A program made the translations under genes and the position numbers. A DNA stretch of 64,000 nucleotides, taken from assembly GCA_963706595.1 (NCBI GenBank), contig OY970166.1, positions 2,752,001 to 2,816,000 of the forward strand, in the 5' to 3' direction. This document shows, piece by piece, positions 53,258 through 63,909 of the stretch (within the stretch, counting starts at the first letter, position 1; each line of letters opens with the position of its first letter). The notes under the pieces were generated by a model. It had not been told where the DNA came from. It saw nothing but the letters and a program-made list of their open reading frames with translations, and did no database searches. The stretch is from an uncultured cyanobacterium. Its GTDB lineage: Bacteria > Cyanobacteriota > Cyanobacteriia > Cyanobacteriales > Nostocaceae.

Positions 53258-54124
53258 TTATACAATCATCAAGTCTAGTGCCTCTTCTGCATTAGGAACC
53301 TGGGGTTTACCCGGATTTAGATAAAAATCAGACAACAAGGAGAACAATTCACGGTCTGGAGTATCATTTGGTACAACACCTTCTGGACGCGCCAGAATTT
53401 GGTCAGCGATGTTGAGGTAATAATCGCAAACGTAGTTCAGAGAAGGGTCTTGTTCTGCCATTTCAAACAAAGTTTTACCCTTGACACGGGAAACACGGAT
53501 GTCTTCAATTAAAGGTAAGACTTCCAGCACGGGCATAGGAACTGTTTCTATATATTTATCTATCAAATCGCGCTTGGAGGTGCGATTGCCAATTAAACCA
53601 GCTAAACGCAGTGGATGAGTCCGGGCTTTCTCGCGGACTGAAGCCGCAATCCGATTGGCAGCGAACAAGGCATCAAAGCCATTGTCAGTTACAATCATGC
53701 AGTAATCAGCATAGTTGAGCGGGGCGGCGAAACCACCACAAACAACGTCACCTAGTACATCAAACAAAATCACATCGTACTCATCAAAAGCATTGAGTTC
53801 TTTGAGTAATTTGACTGTTTCGCCGACTACATAGCCCCCACAACCCGCACCCGCAGGTGGTCCACCAGCTTCTACGCAATCTACACCGCCATAGCCTTTA
53901 TAAATAACATCTTCTGGCCAAACATCTTCGTAGTGGTAGTCCTTTTCTTGGAGGGTGTCAATAATTGTGGGAATCAAAAACCCTGTGAGAGTAAAGGTGC
54001 TGTCGTGTTTGGGGTCACAACCGATTTGCAGAACTTTCTTGCCGCGTTTGGCTAGGGCGACGGATATATTACAGCTAGTTGTGGATTTACCAATACCACC
54101 TTTTCCGTAAACTGCTAGTTTCAC
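53258..54124 (-). CDS. chlL: Dark-operative protochlorophyllide reductase iron-sulfur ATP-binding subunit
   Basis: [20 protein letters not shown] and [11 protein letters not shown]. Confidence 0.98.
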   Translation of the reverse strand: MKLAVYGKGGIGKSTTSCNISVALAKRGKKVLQIGCDPKHDSTFTLTGFLIPTIIDTLQEKDYHYEDVWPEDVIYKGYGGVDCVEAGGPPAGAGCGGYVVGETVKLLKELNAFDEYDVILFDVLGDVVCGGFAAPLNYADYCMIVTDNGFDALFAANRIAASVREKARTHPLRLAGLIGNRTSKRDLIDKYIETVPMPVLEVLPLIEDIRVSRVKGKTLFEMAEQDPSLNYVCDYYLNIADQILARPEGVVPNDTPDRELFSLLSDFYLNPGKPQVPNAEEALDLMIV

Positions 54125-54452
54125 TGTTGTTTGCCTCTGAATAATTTTTTGTCAAACTTGTGGCTCAAGCTTTTGCCTTCACCTAGCCGCAGATCGCGAT
54201 GTGTGATCTCTGTGATTGTCATTATTGTCGAAAGTACACAGAAAAGAAAGGGGGTTTAAATATGAAAAACCCGTAAATTCGTTTTCTTAAGAATTTTAAA
54301 AGATTATTTTTAATTTATTCTGGATAAAATACTCCAATTTAGGTAATAAGCTCAATAATTTAACTTTTTTATTAACCTTTTTTATAAAAGAGTTACAAAA
54401 GACAAAATAACAGTATGTACTTTTGTATATAGTTTTTAGGCATTTCAACGAA

Positions 54453-54628
54453 GAGGCAGGGGGAAGTGGGCTTTCTAGCAGGGGGAAATGACCCCTTCCT
54501 CGTGCCGTGAAGCGGAGCGGAACATGGATCTGAGTCCCCCACTTCTACAAAGTGGTTCTCGTCCTGGTGGGGTCGAATCCCCATCTGGACTTTCCCCCCT
54601 GCTCCCTGCTCCCTGCTCCCTTGCCTCT
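54453..54628. repeat. GC-rich composite repeat / MITE-like insert with CTCCCTG heptamers
   Basis: GAGGCAGGGGGAAGT ... ACTTTCCCCCTGCTCCCTGCTCCCTGCTCCC within AT-rich flanks. Confidence 0.55.
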
Positions 54629-54849
54629 TTTTCAACTACCTTCAGACAGGCTGATCCCCAGCAAAATGGGCTGAGTGGGAAAGTTGTAGACAGAGATGCC
54701 CTATCCAATACTGAAAATACGACTCTAAATTTCCACGGCAGGTATATTGGAAAACGCCATTCATTGCCAAGGACATCTCAGTTATACTTTTGAGTCCGTT
54801 GATAATTTGTTTGTAATAAATTATTAATTTTAAGATATTGCCTGATATT

Positions 54850-55095
54850 TCAAGGTTCCAGTGCTTCAATTTCCTGTAATGATTGCCAGCCAGCTTGCCA
54901 CTGAGAGTTATCTTGTAACAATTTAGCGTTTAACCAAAAGCGCACATTGGGGTCACAGGCAGCAACCATTTCGGCATAAACCCACTTACTTTGATTTTTC
55001 CGGTTAACGACTTGGAAGTGCCGCCAGCCATCGATTTTTTTCTGTGTTGTCCACTTAGAACCAACTAGGTGAGGAAACTTTTGTTTTTTAGGCAT
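54850..55095 (-). CDS. Trp-rich small protein (TIGR02450-like)
   Basis: GSKWT, GWRHFQV and WQAGW; start MPKKQ. Confidence 0.82.
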   Translation of the reverse strand: MPKKQKFPHLVGSKWTTQKKIDGWRHFQVVNRKNQSKWVYAEMVAACDPNVRFWLNAKLLQDNSQWQAGWQSLQEIEALEP

Positions 55096-55173
55096 TGAAC
55101 ATAGTGAATTAGACATGGAACTCTAGACACAGGGCATTAGTTTCTCCTGATTGCCCAATAAATTATGATCCTC

Positions 55174-55563
55174 TCAAGTCTCAGGTGTGACTAAATCGCC
55201 ATTACGGGTGTACTTCTGACAACATAATTTACCATCTTGCTCGATACATAGCGAGAACCATCGGATATGGCTCCAACAAGTGTTAATACTGTTGGTAATT
55301 TTGCGCTTCTTTCTATATAACCGTTGTTTTACAGCTTCATTAGGGCAAAGAATCTCTAACGTGCCTTTACCATCTGCGTCGTTGATGATGCGAAATAGGC
55401 AATTTTGCAACATAGCCCGACTACTGCTGTCGAAAAATCGCTTAAAGCGCTGTAACTTCTCCCCTTCGGTCATTTCGCTAATGCGCTTGATTTTAAATAC
55501 TTCTTCGTCCTCAAAGTCAAAGTCATCATCATCAAAGTCATCAGGTTTAGTCATTTTCAGCAT
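55174..55563 (-). CDS. Hypothetical protein
   Basis: 129-aa ORF with acidic N-terminus and LEILCPN. Confidence 0.7.
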   Translation of the reverse strand: MLKMTKPDDFDDDDFDFEDEEVFKIKRISEMTEGEKLQRFKRFFDSSSRAMLQNCLFRIINDADGKGTLEILCPNEAVKQRLYRKKRKITNSINTCWSHIRWFSLCIEQDGKLCCQKYTRNGDLVTPET

Positions 55564-55584
55564 CGACTATGGGAATGGGTGTTT

Positions 55585-56721
55585 CTAGATTTTTGTTTGA
55601 CCTGCAAAGTTGCTTTGACTCCAACTATGATTTATCTTAATTCCTCGGTTTTGCATGGCTTGGATAAATAAATCGGTTGGTAGTGCTTGTTCTACAGGTG
55701 AAACACCTGGTTTTTTAAGTTTGCCCTCTAATAAGAGTTGGGCAATGCTACCTGTACCACAGCCAGAGGCTACTGCTGTATTTTCATGGACTACAGTGGA
55801 ACAATAAACGGCTGTTTCACCATTTTTTTGACCTGTAACTTCTGAACGCACCGCTACGCCAATCCCACTGAAATTATTGGTGAAATCTGTCATCAAGTGG
55901 CTGACGCGCGACAAAAATTCAATCATGTAACGACGCTGCATTAACCATTTAGGAAATATATGAGCGGCCATCCAAGTCAGGTGGTTATAAAAGTCGGGAA
56001 TAGAGCCAAACTTGGTAATTACAGTTTTAACTGAGGGGAAGGTGTGGGGCATTGTAAAGGTTTCTGGCATATCAAACCAGTAAACGCCACTGCGTCGATA
56101 TGGAGAGGGAAAATCAACTAGTTCTCTTTGACTATAAGGTTGGATTTTTTGCCATTTCTGATCTACCCAAGCTTCAAAAGGATATTGCAATCCTAAAAAG
56201 GTTGTCCGCATGACTGTAACCCCCGCCCCACCCGAACCAGAGACTAAATAACTTAAATGTATTTTTTCTGGCTGATCAAATTGCTCGGCACACTGACGTA
56301 CCATGCTGTTAGAGATTCCGGGAAAAATGCCGGTATTAATAATTGCTGTCACACCAGCAGCAACAGCTTGTTCATGGTAATTTAGAGCCTTGCTAGTATA
56401 AGAGCGATGGTCACTGACATCTATATAGTTAACGCCTTGTTCAATGCAAATTTTAAGAACATTAGCATCTCGGTAGTGAAATGGACCAGCACAATGGATA
56501 ACTAAATTCGAGTTGGCGATCGCCTCTCTCAATTTATCAACTTCTGCCAAGTCCAACACCAAAAAATCAACTTTCTTACCCAAAGGCAAACTGACGCTCC
56601 GCCCTGTCTCTGGGGAACGTCCAGTAATGGTAATTTGTGCCTGTGTGTGGGTGGCTAAATCCGCCGCAACATTGCTACCGATCCGCCCTCTGCCACCAAG
56701 TATCAAAACGCGCTCTGTCAT
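55585..56721 (-). CDS. Saccharopine dehydrogenase-like oxidoreductase
   Basis: Rossmann fold ILGGRGRIG, HCAGPF and GIFPGISN. Confidence 0.9.
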   Translation of the reverse strand: MTERVLILGGRGRIGSNVAADLATHTQAQITITGRSPETGRSVSLPLGKKVDFLVLDLAEVDKLREAIANSNLVIHCAGPFHYRDANVLKICIEQGVNYIDVSDHRSYTSKALNYHEQAVAAGVTAIINTGIFPGISNSMVRQCAEQFDQPEKIHLSYLVSGSGGAGVTVMRTTFLGLQYPFEAWVDQKWQKIQPYSQRELVDFPSPYRRSGVYWFDMPETFTMPHTFPSVKTVITKFGSIPDFYNHLTWMAAHIFPKWLMQRRYMIEFLSRVSHLMTDFTNNFSGIGVAVRSEVTGQKNGETAVYCSTVVHENTAVASGCGTGSIAQLLLEGKLKKPGVSPVEQALPTDLFIQAMQNRGIKINHSWSQSNFAGQTKI

Positions 56722-57182
56722 TACTCAAGTATAGGCAACACTAACTCTTATTTGAACAGCTTTTCCTCTAATTTGCCATCGGTGACAAGTATGGCTTACC
56801 CAAAAAAGGTGCAAAGAATAGTGTTGGAGATGAACGGGTTGAATTTTTTGGTCAACCTGATCAACCTGATATATTTTCCAGTGTGTAAAAACTTGGTAAG
56901 AAATTACTGAGAAAGTTGCAAATAAAAGATCAAAAAACTTATGTGGACAAAGCCACTTTAATTATAAAATTTTTCAGTGCTTTTCATCACTTTCGTGTTT
57001 AACATGATCTTATGCTTTAGACAGAAGCTTTGAACTTTTAACAGAATTAAAGTTGAAAAATAAATGACCAAGATCAAGCTCACCATTTATCACTGAAAAA
57101 GAGTTAAACACAGTTGATAATACGGCAAGATTTTGGGCAATTTCTATCAAATGACTTGCTGCTATAATTTCAGGAAATCCTA

Positions 57183-57500
57183 ATGAAAGCAAACAAGAAT
57201 ACAAGTTTCTTCAAAATACTTGCTAGCCTTGTGGGAGCCGCTGGTGTGAGTGCTTTGATGAGTTTCCCAGCATTCGCACTAACCAATTCAACCAGAGATA
57301 CGACTGGCACTTTACACTCTCAAGCAGTACCACCCACGGATGATACTACTCCCGAAAAGCAACCAGGCGAGGGAGATAAGCCAGGTCAACCAAGTCAGCC
57401 GGGTCAACCAGTTCAGCCAGGTCAACCAGGTCAACCAGGTCAGCCAGGTCAGCCAGGTCAGCCAGATCAACCAGACGAGACCATGCCTGGACAAAATTAA
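57183..57500 (+). CDS. Secreted low-complexity protein with (PGQ)n repeats
   Basis: Signal peptide ending in PAFA; 9-bp CCAGGTCAR tandem repeats. Confidence 0.75.
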   Translation: MKANKNTSFFKILASLVGAAGVSALMSFPAFALTNSTRDTTGTLHSQAVPPTDDTTPEKQPGEGDKPGQPSQPGQPVQPGQPGQPGQPGQPGQPDQPDETMPGQN

Positions 57501-57600
57501 AGCATTCAGAGCCGCAGGATGTATTTTTTATTTCATTTTAAAAGTAGATGCTGTGGCTCATAAACAAGATTCAAAAAAAGTATTTGGATTTAAGGTAATA

Positions 57601-57688
57601 AGTAGCTCAAACTTAAAAAACGTAATACCCAGATCCCCGACTTCTTCGAGAAGTCGGGGATCTATATCGTCGAGGTTTTATGTTTAAT
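57601..57688. mobile_element. Truncated copy of the 102-bp MITE
   Basis: Near-identical to the reverse complement of 48542-48629. Confidence 0.75.
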
Positions 57689-57870
57689 GCGGTCAGAAAT
57701 TTTGCAGCAAGCAGTAGAAGGTACTAACGACGCTAAATAACTACGCATGAAGAGATGATGTTGCGGTTTAGCGCTCAAGCGCAACTACGAGGGAATTCCA
57801 GATATTTGCTCTTTCGTTACATAGCTTTGTTTTTTCTCACCAACTTAACTTAGGAGATAATTTTAAAAAG

Positions 57871-58479
57871 ATGAATTTATACTTTGGGAACTTGGTGAAA
57901 AAACTCGCTTATGTAATGGGAGTTAGTAGTGCGATCGCGATTACTAATTATATCCAAATTGATCATATAGCGATCGCACAAACATCCTCTAATATATCTA
58001 CAACAACTGTGGGAGCTAAAGACTCACAAAATAGCCTGAATGAGGTGGACCGAATCTATATACAAGAAGCCGCACAAGCCGGAATGGCTGAAGTTGAAAT
58101 AGCAAAACTGGCATTAGAAAAGTCGGACAACGAAAACGTCAAACAATATGCCCAAAAAATGATTCAAGATCATACGCTTTTAAATCAGGAATTAATACAA
58201 TTAGCTCAACAAAAGGGAATGACTGTACCAAGTAATATGGGTTCCAAATATCAAGCCTTAAAAGCACAACTATCAGCACTTTCTGGCGAAAATTTTGACC
58301 AAGCATATACAAATGAAGCTGGCGTTAACGGACACATGGAAAATTTAATCATTCATACCCGTCAGTTACAGCTAGGTCAAGACCCAGACTTGCAAGCCTT
58401 TGCTGTCAAAAATATCCCCATTGTAGAGGCACACTTGCAATTGGTTGAGCTTCTGTTAATGTCGCCCACTCAGCAATAA
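57871..58479 (+). CDS. DUF4142 domain secreted protein (ferritin-like fold)
   Basis: AEVEIAKLA, VKQYAQKMIQDH and FDQAY. Confidence 0.88.
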   Translation: MNLYFGNLVKKLAYVMGVSSAIAITNYIQIDHIAIAQTSSNISTTTVGAKDSQNSLNEVDRIYIQEAAQAGMAEVEIAKLALEKSDNENVKQYAQKMIQDHTLLNQELIQLAQQKGMTVPSNMGSKYQALKAQLSALSGENFDQAYTNEAGVNGHMENLIIHTRQLQLGQDPDLQAFAVKNIPIVEAHLQLVELLLMSPTQQ

Positions 58480-58919
58480 ACAATAGTTTTTTTATGCACT
58501 AAAAAACTGTCCTCAAGGAGGAGTGATTAGTTGGGAATTAAAAGTCTTTTTTAATCTCTGATTGCTAAATATTTATTAAAACAGCAACTAAATTTTAGCA
58601 TAATTTTTTACCTCTGATTGGGGTGAAAGCTAATATATGAAAGAGTTTATACTGATTTATAACCAGGATCAACGATTTGTGTAAGTGTAATTAAATATGT
58701 TTTTTCTGTGAAGACAGCCTTAAATATTTGACGCTAGCAATGGGTATATGAGAATATAATTGAGTAAATTAACTATAAGTCAGTGAATCTAAAAATACCT
58801 GATTGACTCTCACTATATGTTGATAGATAGTTTATACCGGCCGGGAAAAAATTTTTAGCGATTCGCACTTCTAGAGGATTTTCACTGACAACATTCAACT
58901 TTTTAGAGGAATCGGAATA

Positions 58920-59615
58920 ATGGCTACTTCAACAATGATCAGAAAGTTATCAATGCCTTTGTCCATTGTCGCTGCTGCTGGACTAGCATTTGGCACAGCT
59001 ACAGGTGCAAACGCCACCTCTTTTTCAGGCTCAGGAACCGGCTTTAGTATCCCAGATAATAATGCTACTGGTGCGAGCAGCACTATCACCATCACCGATG
59101 ACTTAATAATTAGCGATATGACAGTTACGCTGAATAATCTCACCCACACCTGGATAGGGGATCTGGTTGCCAGTTTGACTAATCTCAATACAGGCACAAC
59201 AGTAGATTTATTTAACAGAATTGGTAGAACTGGTGGTTCTGGTTTTGGTGACAGTAGCAATTTTGGTGGCAATTACAGCTTTAACGATGCCTCCACTGGC
59301 AACCTGTGGACAACAGCAGCAGGAATAGACACATCGACTACTATCCCTACTGGCGAATATTTTTCTACAACAACGAATGGAGCGGTTAGCTTGCTTTCTG
59401 CGTTTAGTGGGCAGTCAGCACTCGGCACTTGGCAACTAAGTATCAAAGACTTAGCCGGCGGGGACACGGGAAGTTTTGCTTCTTGGAGCATTAGCGGACA
59501 AGGCCAGCCTGTTCCTGAACCAGCTTCTGTACTCGGTTTATTCGCTTTTGGTGCGATGAGTGCAGGTTCAATGATTAAACGCAAACAGCAACAAAAAGCA
59601 ACAGTAAAAGCATAA
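58920..59615 (+). CDS. PEP-CTERM protein with proprotein convertase P-like domain
   Basis: IPDN, HTWIGDL and GTWQLSIKD; VPEP followed by a transmembrane helix and basic tail. Confidence 0.9.
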   Translation: MATSTMIRKLSMPLSIVAAAGLAFGTATGANATSFSGSGTGFSIPDNNATGASSTITITDDLIISDMTVTLNNLTHTWIGDLVASLTNLNTGTTVDLFNRIGRTGGSGFGDSSNFGGNYSFNDASTGNLWTTAAGIDTSTTIPTGEYFSTTTNGAVSLLSAFSGQSALGTWQLSIKDLAGGDTGSFASWSISGQGQPVPEPASVLGLFAFGAMSAGSMIKRKQQQKATVKA

Positions 59616-59723
59616 GTTAACAGTTCCAATCAACCTTTTAAAAAAATTCAAGCATCTACCCAAATACTTGATGTATTAGGGTTTTACAAAAAATCAAATC
59701 CTCAGTCCTCATTGTAGAGGGCG

Positions 59724-59766
59724 AGAAGTCAGGACTAATATTGGCAGCCCTGACTTCTCCTTTTTG
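59724..59766 (+). terminator. Intrinsic terminator
   Basis: AGAAGTCAGG/CCTGACTTCT stem followed by CCTTTTT. Confidence 0.6.
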
Positions 59767-59774
59767 TAATACCC

Positions 59775-59853
59775 AGATCCCCGACTTCTTTAAGAAGTCG
59801 GGGATCTATCTATGCGAATGAAATGGAAAGGACTAAAGTCCTGACTACGAACT
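59775..59853. repeat. 33-bp palindrome plus AGGACTAAAGTCCTGACTAC repeat
   Basis: Both modules also occur inside the MITEs at 48.5-48.8 kb. Confidence 0.75.
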
Positions 59854-59856
59854 TCT

Positions 59857-60330
59857 TTAACAAGGCATTAACGCATTTTGTCTTCCTAAAACTTCCATAT
59901 CTTCTGCATCTAACTCCACAGGAATACCACTGCGAATTAATTCGGAAAAATCTTCATTAGGAACCATCACAGTTAAAGTGTACAAGCGAGTATTACCTGT
60001 ATTTTTAATCAAATGAGTTCCCGTTGGAGGTACTAACAAACTATCCCCGGCTTTAATTTTGACACTCTTCCCATCACACATAGCTATGGCTTCCCCTTTG
60101 AGGACAAAAAACATTTCCACAGCCCATTGATGACGATTTGGTGGTGTTTGTCCACCCACATCAAAAATTTCGATGCAGCAAGTTAAAGAAGTATTAGCAT
60201 TGATAGAATCAAAAATAATCGCCAGCCGATTAGAATCATTGGGACTAATACGATATGTTTGATAGTCTTTGGGTGACTTAATCACAGGAATTACACATTT
60301 AGTAGCTTGCATTGATTTATCCCTTTGCAA
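59857..60330 (-). CDS. Cupin domain protein
   Basis: TPPNRHQWAVEMFFVLKG and GDSLLVPPTGTH. Confidence 0.9.
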   Translation of the reverse strand: MQRDKSMQATKCVIPVIKSPKDYQTYRISPNDSNRLAIIFDSINANTSLTCCIEIFDVGGQTPPNRHQWAVEMFFVLKGEAIAMCDGKSVKIKAGDSLLVPPTGTHLIKNTGNTRLYTLTVMVPNEDFSELIRSGIPVELDAEDMEVLGRQNALMPC

Positions 60331-60354
60331 TTGATAACTGTAAATACTCTTTAC

Positions 60355-61125
60355 TTAAAAAGAAAGTGCTTTTAAAATCGCTTCTGAGTCAGTCACAAAA
60401 CCAAAACATTGGTTAACGTTATATAGTGTCGCTAGCCAACAATACTCAGGAGAAGTAGTAGCTGTGCAATTCTTAACTAAAATGCAGTCATATCCTAAGA
60501 AGTTAGCATCACATAGAGTGGACATCACACATTGATCAGCATTGACACCTCCAAATAATAGTGTCGTTCTTCCCAAGTTCCGCAGAATACTATCTAAAGG
60601 CGTATCCCAAAACCCACTCATGCGGTATTTATCCACACAGATGTCTTCTGGTAGCTGTGGAAGTTCATCTACCACCGCCGCCGCCCAACTCCCGGCCATG
60701 AGGACTTTAGCACCGTTGCTGGGCAGAGGATCGCCCAATCCTACGCCTTCGCCTGTGGGGTTGTAGACGTGTAGTAAACCAGCACTAATATTTAATAAGT
60801 CGGGACGATTCCCCCAGTTAAGCCAAATTATCGGCACACCCGCCGCACGTAGTTCTGGAAGTAAGCTATTTAAAGGTGCTATGGGCTGACGTGCTGGTGT
60901 GACATCCACGCCGATATGCGCTAACCATCCATCGGGGTGACAGAAGTCGTTTTGCATATCAATGATGATGATGGCGGTTTTTGCCAAGTCCAGGTGCAGA
61001 GTTTTGGTTTCTGTTGGTAAAATAACCGGTTGTGGGGTCTTTGGCGGACGAGTAATATCTGCGATCGCCTGATTCACCGTCCACGCATTTGGTTCAATTC
61101 CCAATGTCCGTAATGGCAGATTCAT
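60355..61125 (-). CDS. Cysteine hydrolase (isochorismatase family)
   Basis: IIDMQNDF, KYRMSGF and GVNADQCV (Asp-Lys-Cys triad). Confidence 0.92.
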   Translation of the reverse strand: MNLPLRTLGIEPNAWTVNQAIADITRPPKTPQPVILPTETKTLHLDLAKTAIIIIDMQNDFCHPDGWLAHIGVDVTPARQPIAPLNSLLPELRAAGVPIIWLNWGNRPDLLNISAGLLHVYNPTGEGVGLGDPLPSNGAKVLMAGSWAAAVVDELPQLPEDICVDKYRMSGFWDTPLDSILRNLGRTTLLFGGVNADQCVMSTLCDANFLGYDCILVKNCTATTSPEYCWLATLYNVNQCFGFVTDSEAILKALSF

Positions 61126-61208
61126 AAATTACAACACCTAACACAGTTCTTAAATTTGTAACTTGAATTGCTACTGTTTGTTTAATTACTTAATTAAGGT
61201 TAAATAAA

Positions 61209-62606
61209 GTGAATTTTACGATTCAAAACGTTCTGATTGCTGTCGATGATGCTTATCTGAGCGTAGATGTACAGGTTGTTGATGGTAAAATAGCGTCTAT
61301 CGCACCCAATTTAAATGTCATTGGTACTGCTATTGATGGTAGCAATAAACTATTACTTCCGGGTTTCGTTAACGCCCACACCCATTCATCAGAAATGTGG
61401 CAACGGGGAATAATGTCACTTTTTCCTTTAGAATTATGGCTAGCCGAATTATATGACTTTACGCCCTTAGATTTAGAAAAAGTTTATCTGAGTGCTTTGG
61501 GAACAGCTGTAGAAACTTTACTTTCCGGTGGGACGAGTGTAGTTGACCATTTGGTGTTAACTCCGGGGCTAGAATTAGAAACCATCGCTACTGCGGTGCG
61601 TGCTTACACAGAAGTGGGAATTCGGGCTTTTATTGCGCCACTAATTCAAGATGAATCCCTCACCGCCGGTATACCTTCAGGGGAGACAGTGCAGAATCAT
61701 GAACCTTATTTTCGTTCAACTGCGGCGACATTAGAAATTATCGAAGCAGCGGTGAAAAAATTTCATCGTCCTGAAGCGGGAATGAATATTTTAGTTGCAC
61801 CCACGGGGATACAATTGTGTAGTGATGCTTTATTTACAGGGTGTATTGAATTAAGCGATCGCTATAATCTTTGTCGTCACTCCCACTTATTAGAAACCAA
61901 AGCCCAAGAAAAACTCGCCCAAGAAAAATACGGATGTACTGCGGTTGAACATCTGCAACGCATTGGATATTTAGGCGATCGCACATCATTGGCACATTGT
62001 GTCTGGTTAACCGATACTGATATTACCATCCTCGCCCAAACCCAATCAACAGTAGTCCATAACCCCTTGAGTAACCTGCGTTTAGGCAGTGGTATCGCCC
62101 CAATTTTAAAATATATAAAAGCAGGGGTAAACGTGACATTTGGCTGTGATGGCGCTTCTAGTAACGACTCCCAAGACCTCCTAGAAGCCATCAAAATGGG
62201 TTCCATCTTGCACAACATTACAGACTCAGACTATCAACACTGGATCACACCCAGAAAAGCTGTAGAAATGGCATCATTAGGAGGTGCAAAAGGACTAAAT
62301 ATAGCGGATAAAATCGGTTCTCTCACCATAGGGAAACAAGCCGACTTAGTAATGTATGATTTAACAAATTTATCATTACTACCCCGGACAGATCCCATTG
62401 GCTTATTAGTATTAGGTCGCCCCACAAATGTTGTCCATAGCGCCTGGGTAAACGGAAGACAAATTGTTACCAATCATCAGATTAATACCATTAACGTAAA
62501 TAATTTACAGCAAGAATTATTTAATCGTAGTCAGTGGGAAACGAAACGCAAATCTCAAACCGTCACCCAAATAGAAACACATTATCGCCAAGTCATGGAC
62601 TTATAA
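61209..62606 (+). CDS. Metal-dependent amidohydrolase (TRZ/ATZ deaminase-like)
   Basis: PGFVNAHTH, HLLET, LAHCVW, HNPLSNLRLGSG and GCDG. Confidence 0.92.
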   Translation: MNFTIQNVLIAVDDAYLSVDVQVVDGKIASIAPNLNVIGTAIDGSNKLLLPGFVNAHTHSSEMWQRGIMSLFPLELWLAELYDFTPLDLEKVYLSALGTAVETLLSGGTSVVDHLVLTPGLELETIATAVRAYTEVGIRAFIAPLIQDESLTAGIPSGETVQNHEPYFRSTAATLEIIEAAVKKFHRPEAGMNILVAPTGIQLCSDALFTGCIELSDRYNLCRHSHLLETKAQEKLAQEKYGCTAVEHLQRIGYLGDRTSLAHCVWLTDTDITILAQTQSTVVHNPLSNLRLGSGIAPILKYIKAGVNVTFGCDGASSNDSQDLLEAIKMGSILHNITDSDYQHWITPRKAVEMASLGGAKGLNIADKIGSLTIGKQADLVMYDLTNLSLLPRTDPIGLLVLGRPTNVVHSAWVNGRQIVTNHQINTINVNNLQQELFNRSQWETKRKSQTVTQIETHYRQVMDL

Positions 62607-62618
62607 ACAGCACAAAAA

Positions 62619-62668
62619 CCTTCTTTGCGAACCTTTGCGCTAACCTCCGCGCCCCTTTGCGTTAAAAT
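62619..62668. repeat. Right arm of the CTTTGCG repeat family
   Basis: CTTTGCGAACCTTTGCGCTAACCTCCGCGCCCCTTTGCGTTAAAA, similar to 22272-22320. Confidence 0.75.
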
Positions 62669-62678
62669 CTTAAACTTG

Positions 62679-63134
62679 TTAACGCTTAACATAACCCAAC
62701 CGCCAATTATCCGGTTCCTTCAACTCATCTAGCTTACCCTGAGCAATTAACTTCAGAGCAATACGAGTGTTTAGAAATCCCCTATTTATAGTATAATACT
62801 TTGGTGGTTGCTCAACTCCAGATGAAACCTGGCCAATATCCTGAATTCGTCCGCAATAAGTTTTAGTTCCAGGTGTTGTGACTGTGAATAAACCATCACT
62901 TTTGTATCCACTAGGAATTATAAATATAGCGTAGACATTATGTTGACCACGCCAAGGTTGAACTACTAACTTCTCAGGATGAGTGTAGTATTTTTCATCT
63001 TTTGGTCTATTGAATCCCCATTGCTGACAGGTAATTATAGGACGTTTTTCGGAGATGTAAGCAGAAATCTCCGAAAATCCTAGAACGCTGAATAAGCTAA
63101 GTAAGAACAATATGTAAAGTATGATTTTTCTCAC
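62679..63134 (-). CDS. Hypothetical exported protein
   Basis: N-terminal signal or transmembrane segment; VVQPWRGQHNVYAIF. Confidence 0.72.
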   Translation of the reverse strand: MRKIILYILFLLSLFSVLGFSEISAYISEKRPIITCQQWGFNRPKDEKYYTHPEKLVVQPWRGQHNVYAIFIIPSGYKSDGLFTVTTPGTKTYCGRIQDIGQVSSGVEQPPKYYTINRGFLNTRIALKLIAQGKLDELKEPDNWRLGYVKR

Positions 63135-63351
63135 TTGTCAAATACTAAGCTAGTTCTTTAAGATTATATTTTAGCTAGTAAATCAAAAATGTGACCGATG
63201 TTAGTTATTGATTTCTTTCTTGGTCACTCGAAATTATATTCACATTCACAGCCAAAGCCTTCAGTGATAGCTTTTTTCTGGCTTTACCTGTAGGTGATAT
63301 TTTTAAGACTTTAATCCTGCTAATGTCTTTTTTTTAACTTGAATATAAACA

Positions 63352-63909
63352 TTAAACCAAATCGGCTTCTTCAAATACCTGTCTTGTAGTTAATTCTAAA
63401 CCAGGAAGGAGTGGATTTATGATCAGCATATTATCTATATAAACTTGACTCAATCCATCAAGTAAGAAAACTCGAATACTAACAGCTTCCGGGTCTAAAA
63501 CCCAAACGATTGATACACCCGCAGCTAAATAATCCTTCGCCTTCTCCTCAAATTCCTGCATAGTTTGGTCAGGTGAAATAATTTCAATTACCAATTCGGG
63601 AATCGCCGGACAAGCTTCATTCCGCTTCCAACTGGCGGGTAAACGTTCGTAGGAAATATAAGTTAAATCAGGAACAGGAACCCAATCTTTACCTCGACGC
63701 TTTAAAATAACAGCCCATTCTGTACCGACTCTACCTTTACCTTTACACCATAAACGAATCAGAACCAGTAAAGCGGCTTGTAAAGTTGAATGAAAAAATT
63801 TTGGAGACACTTTCGGGACGGCCTGACCATCAATAAACTCATAGTTTACATCGTCTTCTGGTAGGTTCAGAAATTCTTCTAGAGTCAGTTTTGTTTCAGT
63901 GTTAACCAT
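63352..63909 (-). CDS. Uma2 family endonuclease (DUF820)
   Basis: LTLEEFL, VPDL, PELVIEIISP and VWVLDPE. Confidence 0.92.
   Translation of the reverse strand: MVNTETKLTLEEFLNLPEDDVNYEFIDGQAVPKVSPKFFHSTLQAALLVLIRLWCKGKGRVGTEWAVILKRRGKDWVPVPDLTYISYERLPASWKRNEACPAIPELVIEIISPDQTMQEFEEKAKDYLAAGVSIVWVLDPEAVSIRVFLLDGLSQVYIDNMLIINPLLPGLELTTRQVFEEADLV

Noticed and set aside
53258..54124. nifH-like sequence suggesting nitrogenase
   Set aside because: CDPKHDST motif and linkage to chlN identify it as ChlL
54393..54869. Overlapping small ORFs upstream of chlL
   Set aside because: They derive from a GC-rich repeat (REQGAG-type translations) and are not credible genes
57340..57480. Tandem repeats as a possible CRISPR array
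   Set aside because: 9-bp coding repeats with no spacers; no repeat-spacer array or cas gene seen anywhere in the window
61126..61208. Possible NtcA box in the divergent spacer
   Set aside because: GTA and TAC are 11 nt apart, not the canonical 8
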